From the NCBI GenBank assembly GCA_903889905.1, contig CAISZI010000058.1, forward strand, positions 6,160 through 70,159: 64,000 nucleotides of DNA, read 5' to 3'. Under the pieces are notes generated by a model that was not told the DNA's origin, searched no databases, and worked only from the letters and a program-made list of their open reading frames with translations. Positions 59,084-64,000 of this stretch are shown one piece after another. Both the position numbers and the translations under genes were made by a program. Source of the stretch: Candidatus Wirthbacteria bacterium (GTDB lineage Bacteria; Patescibacteriota; CG2-30-54-11). Numbering within the stretch: position 1 is the first letter of the stretch; each line of letters starts with the position of its first letter.

Positions 59084-59761
59084 CTAACTGATATATCTCC
59101 CCGCATACTGATCCCGCACGACAATGCCATTCTCCAATGCCACCACGCGGCGGCGGATGGCGTTGACGATATTCTGATCGTGGGTCGCCATGATCACCGT
59201 CGTGCCAAAGTTATTGATGCGTTGCAGCAATTGAATAATTTCCCAGCCGGTATAGCTGTCCAGATTTCCAGTGGGTTCATCAGCGAGCAAAATTTTGGGC
59301 TGGTGCACCAGGGCACGGGCAATGGCGACACGCTGTTGTTCGCCACCCGAAAGCTCGTTGGGGAAATGGTTGGCTTTGTCCTCGAGTCCCACCAGTGCCA
59401 GCACTTTGGGCACGATATCCTTGATCTGTCTGTAACTGCGGCCCGACACCTCCAGCGCAAAAGCGACATTTTCAAAGGCGTTTTTGTTGCGCAGCAGTTT
59501 GAAGTCCTGAAACACCGTACCGATTTTGCGCCGGTACTGCGCGACACGACCACGGGGAATGTATTCAATGTCCTCGCCGTCGACAAACACTTTGCCAATG
59601 TTACATTTTTCTTCTTTGATCAAGAGGCGCATCAACGATGATTTGCCGACACCGCTCGGCCCGATCAGCGAGACAAAGTCCCCCGCCGCAATGTTGAGAT
59701 TGATGTTGCGCAGGACGAATTTGTTGCCGTATTTCTTGCTCACGCCTTGGATCAGGATCAT
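59084..59761 (-). CDS. ftsE: Cell division ABC ATPase FtsE
   Basis: Walker [11 protein letters not shown]-loop, ABC signature [15 protein letters not shown], Walker [11 protein letters not shown]-loop. 225 aa. Confidence 0.9.
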   Translation of the reverse strand: MILIQGVSKKYGNKFVLRNINLNIAAGDFVSLIGPSGVGKSSLMRLLIKEEKCNIGKVFVDGEDIEYIPRGRVAQYRRKIGTVFQDFKLLRNKNAFENVAFALEVSGRSYRQIKDIVPKVLALVGLEDKANHFPNELSGGEQQRVAIARALVHQPKILLADEPTGNLDSYTGWEIIQLLQRINNFGTTVIMATHDQNIVNAIRRRVVALENGIVVRDQYAGRYIS

Positions 59762-59799
59762 GATTTTTTGTTTGATAGTCTAAACGTATGACTATTATA

Positions 59800-60020
59800 C
59801 ACGGCGTTTTTGGGTTGGCAAGGAGGGGAGAGTACCTCCCACCTTCGCATGGCTTCGGTGGGCAGGCCCCAACCCCACCTAAATTAGGTGGGGTAAGAGT
59901 TCTCCTTCCTTTTCCCTCCTAAGTCAAGCGCTTCGTCGTCCCTTGGGGACTGGAGTCTGCGACGTGCTGTGCATAGGAGGGAATAAAAAGGGAGGTATTT
60001 CCCCTCTTATTCCCAACTCT
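59800..60020. repeat. Cluster of GC-rich palindromic repeats (ccccacctaaattaggtgggg; ccctcctaagtcaagcgcttcg...tgcataggaggg; gggaataa...ttattccc)
   Basis: Hairpins seen directly. The 59913-60014 unit recurs at 62309-62384 (with a 28-bp indel). ctggagtctgcgacgt at 59951-59966 recurs at 61784-61799. Confidence 0.55.
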
Positions 60021-60399
60021 TCCTCGATAATCACAATAATACTTGCAATTATCTAAAATTATGCTATATTATATTTACAAATACATCAACTAAGCACATT
60101 AATATCATCAATATCGTCAATTTTCCTCCCCTCAGGCCCAAAGCCGTCGGGGAGGGTTACCAAAAACAATCCCGGGTACTCAGAAGAGGCCCTGATGATC
60201 TGATTGTTGGGTCAACTCTTGCCATCATCGCCGGTGCCTCGCATCGGCCCAGGTGGTGCATGCCTCCTCCGCCTCCCCGCCCGAATGCCGGGCGCTCAGG
60301 CCACCGGATGCTTGCCTCCGCCCCAAGTGCTGGCAAGTAAAACCCAACAACCAGAGAGAGCAAAAGCAAATCTGGTTAATTCGAAGATTCGTAACCCTT

Positions 60400-60550
60400 C
60401 CTAACCTTCCCTTACCCTAAGGGCAGGCATAAGAAGTTCCCATCCCCTCTCCCCTTAAAGTAAGGGGAGATAAAGAGGGGTTATTCCCCATCCCCCCGGT
60501 CCCGACCGCAGAACACCGCCAACACTGACCTGTTGTTGGTGCTCTGCGGT
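60400..60550. repeat. Palindromic repeats (ccttcccttaccctaagggcagg; tctccccttaaagtaaggggaga; gaccgcagaacacc...ggtgctctgcggtc)
   Basis: 60448-60470 is near-identical to 8818-8840. A 14-bp inverted repeat lies at 60498-60549. Confidence 0.5.
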
Positions 60551-60551
60551 C

Positions 60552-60602
60552 AAACATTTCGCACTCGTTGGCATGTGCCAACTTGTGTAACAGAAATGTT
60601 TA
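60552..60602. promoter_or_regulatory. Nested palindrome upstream of the ORF at 60622: aaacatttc...TTGGCATGTGCCAA...gaaatgttt (candidate operator)
   Basis: Perfect 14-bp palindrome at 60568-60581 inside a 9-bp inverted repeat (60552-60560 and 60594-60602). gaggagg RBS follows at 60608-60614. Confidence 0.35.
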
Positions 60603-60621
60603 GGCCGAGGAGGTTTTAATC

Positions 60622-61614
60622 ATGTCTAAAATGTACTCTCCCAGTTCTATGATCGTTCGGCATTCTTCCTTCCCGCATCGGCGGGACACTCGAAATGCAT
60701 TGGCAGCCGCACAGGCAGCCGCGAAAGCGGCACGGGCCGCTCAGCGAGCCGCTGAACGAGCTGAGCGGGCAGCGATGGCCGGGAAAAATGCCGTAAACAG
60801 CCTACGCCCGAGCGTAATCGGGACGGAAATCAATCAGACAATCATCAGCCTCAAATTCGAGGCTGAAGAAAATCTGAACATCGCGATCCTCTTTGCAGAG
60901 GAACGCGATGCCGCCCGAGAAGCTCTCGAGGCCGAGAAGGCGATGACAGCAGCTCTCAAGGCTGCCCCGCCACCGGCTGATCCGGCATTCGTTGATACTC
61001 CCCCCGCGGCCATGGAGCCCATCTCCTCCCCGAGCCAGTTGCAAATATGGAGATTCCGCGCTCAGGGCATTTTCCTCGCCCTAGTGGCCGTGTTGCTGGC
61101 GTTGCTCATTCTCGCCCTCTTGGGCGCAAGAATCTGTAGCCCATCATGGGTTACAGCGCCGGGATTCATCATCCCGACGGCAACGGTTGCGCCAGCAGCC
61201 CAACCGACCAACGGCACCCCCGCCGTTGGGTCGAGTGCAGCGAACTCGCTGCACATACTTATCACCTCGACCACACAAATCTCGCCGTCAGTCCCCACGA
61301 CGGTTTCAGTGACCACGGTCGTCTCTCAGACGGCCGCCCCCACGGTCACCGCGGCGTCCACCTCTACGGACGCCACAAATTATTTCACGATTACTCTCGG
61401 CAGTTTCACTAGTGCTGGTCAACTGGCAGTTCACTACTGCCCGTACCTGATCAACGCTAGTGTTTCGATTACTCGCTCAGTCTTCGGTCTTACAGGGACC
61501 TTGACTGACGATCAGTCGGTAGCCGGTTTAATCATGCGGGCCAACCCCAAATTCCCCTGGGGTAAGGGGCTTTCGACCGACGCACTCAACATCCCCGTTG
61601 AGTGCAGTTGGTGA
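60622..61614 (+). CDS. Hypothetical Ala-rich/Thr-rich single-pass membrane protein
   Basis: Strong RBS. N-terminal A/R/E-rich helical segment (AAAQAAAKAARAAQRAAERAERAA), one TM (IFLALVAVLLALLILALLGA), Thr/Ser/Val-rich C-terminal region. GC noticeably higher than surrounding genes. Confidence 0.45.
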   Translation: MSKMYSPSSMIVRHSSFPHRRDTRNALAAAQAAAKAARAAQRAAERAERAAMAGKNAVNSLRPSVIGTEINQTIISLKFEAEENLNIAILFAEERDAAREALEAEKAMTAALKAAPPPADPAFVDTPPAAMEPISSPSQLQIWRFRAQGIFLALVAVLLALLILALLGARICSPSWVTAPGFIIPTATVAPAAQPTNGTPAVGSSAANSLHILITSTTQISPSVPTTVSVTTVVSQTAAPTVTAASTSTDATNYFTITLGSFTSAGQLAVHYCPYLINASVSITRSVFGLTGTLTDDQSVAGLIMRANPKFPWGKGLSTDALNIPVECSW

Positions 61615-61619
61615 AAACC

Positions 61620-61850
61620 GTAGAACAACCAGATTGAGCTCCCCGCTCTCTCTGGTTGTTCTACCTTGTGCCCTTGAGCTTTGGCTCGAGGGTAGAAGGA
61701 AGAGTACCGCCTCCTACCTCCTCCTACTCTAGGAGGAGGTAAGACAATGATTTCTCCAAAGCAATTCTTACCCTCTCCTAATGCTGGAGTCTGCGACGTC
61801 CCAACGTCCGCAGTTGGGATAGGAGAGGGCAGGGTGAGGTATAATTCAGC
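61620..61850. repeat. Palindromic repeat cluster upstream of second DUF559 gene (tagaacaacca...tggttgttcta; cctcctac...taggagg; aggagagggcagggtgaggta)
   Basis: 11-bp-stem hairpin at 61624-61667. The 21-mer aggagagggcagggtgaggta at 61821-61841 is repeated at 62276-62296 flanking the DUF559 CDS. Confidence 0.5.
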
Positions 61851-61851
61851 C

Positions 61852-62244
61852 ATGTCCTACCTCTACAACAAACCCCCATTACAACCCAATCGTACGTCCC
61901 TGCGTCAAAACTCAACTGATGCCGAGAACGCTTTGTGGTATCACTTACGTAACAAACAGTTTCTTGGCCTTAAATTTCGCAGACAATACAGCGTCGATGC
62001 CTATGTGCTGGATTTCTATTGTCCATCGCTCCGCCTCGCCATCGAACTGGATGGCGGGCAACATGCGGAAGCCGATCAAATGGATTATGACCAAATTCGC
62101 ACTGAATTCCTTGCATCACAAGATATTCATGTGATCAGATTTTGGAATAATGATGCATTACAGAATATGGATGGTCTTTTGGAAAGACTGCAAATTGAAA
62201 TTGATAGACTAAGAGTACCACCCCCTAACCCCCGCCTACTCTAG
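61852..62244 (+). CDS. DUF559 endonuclease-domain protein (Vsr-like), second copy
   Basis: ENALWYHLRNKQFLGLKFRRQYSVDAYVLDFYCPSLRLAIELDGGQHAE...HVIRFWNND matches the copy at 5267-5647. Start chosen at MSYLYN. The ORF-track N-terminal extension reads through repeats. Confidence 0.6.
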   Translation: MSYLYNKPPLQPNRTSLRQNSTDAENALWYHLRNKQFLGLKFRRQYSVDAYVLDFYCPSLRLAIELDGGQHAEADQMDYDQIRTEFLASQDIHVIRFWNNDALQNMDGLLERLQIEIDRLRVPPPNPRLL

Positions 62245-62390
62245 GCGGGGGCAAGCTCTTACCCTCTCCTAGAGTAGGAGAGGGCAGGGTGAGGTACTCT
62301 GCTCATTTTCCCTCCTAAATCAAGCGCTTCGCAGTGCTGTGCATAGGAGGGAAATAGGGAGGTATTCCCCTCCCTATTTCCCGCTCAGCA
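62215..62390. repeat. Palindromic repeat cluster downstream of the second DUF559 gene (cccccgcctactctaggcggggg; ccctctcctagagtaggagaggg; 76-bp unit shared with 59913-60014)
   Basis: Hairpins and shared units seen directly in sequence. Confidence 0.55.
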
Positions 62391-63375
62391 TATTCATCAC
62401 CACCTTGACCAAAACGTCTTTTTGACTGGGTTTACTCTCGGCTATGAGCAGCGCCAACGCGACGAGGGCATTGTCATTGATGCGTTTCTCGCCATCACGA
62501 CGGTAAAGCTTGCGATTCTGCGCGAGCAGCACGATGAACAGGAACGATGCAATCCGCTTGTTGCCATCCACAAAGGGGTGGTCTTTGATGATGAAGTACA
62601 GTAAGTGCGCCGCTTTTTCCTCCAGCGTGGCATACAGCTCGTCGCCACCAAAGGTTTGATAAAGCGTACCCATCACCGCCTCAAACTGGTGGTTACGTTC
62701 CTGGCCAAACAGTTCTCCGGCTTCCTGTTTCCTGACCAGTTCCTGCTTGAGCTGATCCACCGCACGCAGGGCATAAGGGTAATCCAGCTTGCGGCGCATT
62801 TTGGTACCTGCCACCTCATCCAGGCGCTCTTCATCATACTTTTGCAACAATACCCAGGTATTGGCATAAGTGGTGATCACCTCCAGCAAACCCGTGGTCT
62901 CGCCACTGCTGAGCTGTTTGGCGTGGACCACCTGCTTGATCAGCCCAACTGCCTGTTCAAATTCGGCCAGACCTGTTTCGTCAAGCCGCTTTGGCCTAAT
63001 CGTAAAGCCCTTAAGGAGATGGTCGCGCAAGACAGACGTTGCCCAGATGCGGAATTGGGTCCCACGCAATGATTTAACCCGATAACCGACTGAAATGATG
63101 ACATCGAGATTGTAAAAATCCATCTGATAAGTCTTGCCGTCCGCTGCAGTTGTTGCAAAATTTGCAACAACTGCTTCCCGACTCAGCTCCCCATCACGAA
63201 ACACGTTATGGATATGCCTGGAAACAACCGAATTGTCACGATCAAACAACGCGGATAGCTGATCCAAACTCAGCCAGACGGTCTCGTCCTGTAATTTCAC
63301 TTCCAACGACGCTTTGCCATCTTTGGCTTGATAAATCACGATCTCGCCAGTTTTAGCTGCCGTCATTTTGTTCAT
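62374..63375 (-). CDS. RhuM-like N-terminal domain fused to Fic/Doc domain protein
   Basis: N-terminus IVIYQAKDGKASLEVKLQDETVWLSLDQLSALFDRDNSVVSRHIHNV is a RhuM-family hallmark. C-terminal HPFVDGNKRIASFL is the Fic motif HPFx[DE]GNKR. Confidence 0.7.
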   Translation of the reverse strand: MNKMTAAKTGEIVIYQAKDGKASLEVKLQDETVWLSLDQLSALFDRDNSVVSRHIHNVFRDGELSREAVVANFATTAADGKTYQMDFYNLDVIISVGYRVKSLRGTQFRIWATSVLRDHLLKGFTIRPKRLDETGLAEFEQAVGLIKQVVHAKQLSSGETTGLLEVITTYANTWVLLQKYDEERLDEVAGTKMRRKLDYPYALRAVDQLKQELVRKQEAGELFGQERNHQFEAVMGTLYQTFGGDELYATLEEKAAHLLYFIIKDHPFVDGNKRIASFLFIVLLAQNRKLYRRDGEKRINDNALVALALLIAESKPSQKDVLVKVVMNMLSGK

Positions 63376-63428
63376 AATTTGACTTTCTGACTTAAAAATA
63401 CAAAATAGCTTCCTCCCCTTTAGTTCCC

Positions 63429-63692
63429 CTACATCCCCGCATACACATCTTTGCGATGCCCAATCTTGACTGCCAACACCACGACTTCAAGTTCAATTAT
63501 CTGATAAATAATCCGATATCTTCCCTGCCTTAGTCGCCGCAATCCTTTGAACTGCCCTTTGAGTTGCTCACCCTGATGCGGGTCGCGACCAAGTTCCTGG
63601 TCGATCACATCGAGTAATAGCCGCTGCGTTTCCTTGGGCAGCTTACGCAAATCCTTGGCAACCGACCGCTTAAATTGAATACTATAGACCAA
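63429..63692 (-). CDS. Type II toxin-antitoxin system RelE/ParE-family toxin
   Basis: 87 aa. Ends ...RRLRQGRYRIIYQI..EVVVLAVKIGHRKDVY, typical of RelE/ParE toxins. 11-bp overlap with the upstream antitoxin. Confidence 0.75.
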   Translation of the reverse strand: MVYSIQFKRSVAKDLRKLPKETQRLLLDVIDQELGRDPHQGEQLKGQFKGLRRLRQGRYRIIYQIIELEVVVLAVKIGHRKDVYAGM

Positions 63693-63903
63693 GACTCGTC
63701 CTCAGCTGGGCCGATGAAATCGTCTTGTCTTTGGCATCATTGGCGCGTGTAAGTGCTTCCACCAAATCCTCCTGATCCTGCAAATATGACACCACAGCTT
63801 GCGAAAGCAGCCACGACCTTGGCCGGTCGGCTTCAGCGGCAAGCAAATCAATCTGCTTTACCAAGTCTGCTTCCAAAGTAATAGAAATAGCTGATTTGGC
63901 CAT
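63682..63903 (-). CDS. Ribbon-helix-helix (CopG/ParD-like) antitoxin
   Basis: 73 aa. N-terminal beta-strand ISITLEADLVKQID followed by helices. Overlaps the toxin gene. Confidence 0.6.
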   Translation of the reverse strand: MAKSAISITLEADLVKQIDLLAAEADRPRSWLLSQAVVSYLQDQEDLVEALTRANDAKDKTISSAQLRTSLGL

Positions 63904-63934
63904 CACTGCCTCGGCTAATATTTATATGATAAAT

Positions 63935-63952
63935 AGTATAGAAAGTATAGAA
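63935..63952. promoter_or_regulatory. Tandem 9-bp direct repeat agtatagaa-agtatagaa in the TA promoter region (candidate RHH operator)
   Basis: Perfect tandem repeat about 30 bp upstream of the antitoxin start in an AT-rich region. Confidence 0.3.
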
Positions 63953-64000
63953 TGGAAACAAAATAAATACAAGAGAACTCCCCCCTCCTACGCTCGGAAG

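Noticed and set aside
60130-60400. GC-rich non-coding stretch as candidate structured ncRNA (RNase P, SRP, 6S or group II intron domain)
   Set aside because: None of the conserved cores (for example the RNase P GGAAAGUCCGG or AGGGUGAAA motifs, or the SRP GGUGCUGUUUACC motif) were found by eye. Left as unexplained repeat-associated sequence.
60568-60590. Possible sigma54 promoter (TGGCA...)
   Set aside because: The TGGCAT...TTG spacing does not match the GG-N10-GC sigma54 consensus. Interpreted as a palindromic operator instead.
1-64000. CRISPR array or cas genes, rRNA, integrase or transposase
   Set aside because: No regularly spaced direct repeats, no cas-like ORFs, no rRNA-like conserved stretches and no DDE or tyrosine-recombinase ORFs were detected in either strand.

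Overview
This 64-kb window is a densely coded chromosomal segment of a small-genome bacterium. Pilin-like fusion proteins, a COG4880 beta-propeller protein and giant surface proteins suggest a Patescibacteria/CPR-like or monoderm lineage, but that is inference. Standard genetic code, about 52% GC.

Housekeeping genes supported by sequence: xseA (5' partial), tex, a U32 peptidase, dnaJ, uppS, rplI, dcd, dut, priA, def, fmt, queA, a ClpA/B-family ATPase, a PfkB kinase, cutA, an M50 protease, rpmB, an IlvE-like aminotransferase, rsmD, and an ftsE-ftsX-M23 peptidase operon. There are two tRNAs, tRNA-Lys(UUU) and tRNA-Leu(CAA).

Most notable features:
- A four-gene cell-surface locus (28755-39646). 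Two paralogous signal-peptide proteins with C-terminal membrane anchors have CscA/DUF916-like topology. Two giant secreted proteins (1642 and 1015 aa) share a conserved C-terminal domain of about 170 aa and lack a membrane anchor. The arrangement resembles Firmicute WxL/Csc surface-complex loci.
- A 2090-aa surface protein with two SGNH/GDSL hydrolase domains and a C-terminal anchor, followed by a putative NDP-hexose 2,3-dehydratase and a GT2 glycosyltransferase.
- A ClpA/B-like AAA+ ATPase with an N-terminal zinc ribbon and two transmembrane helices, next to an actin/Hsp70-fold ATPase.
- tRNA-Lys flanked by partial copies of its own 3' and 5' ends, which may be an integration-site relic.
- A family of GC-rich palindromic repeats wrapped around two DUF559 (Vsr-like endonuclease) genes.
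- A 3'-terminal accessory island (59.8-64 kb) with repeats, an Ala/Thr-rich membrane protein, DUF559, a RhuM-Fic fusion and a RelE/RHH toxin-antitoxin pair.

There is no CRISPR array, rRNA, integrase or transposase.
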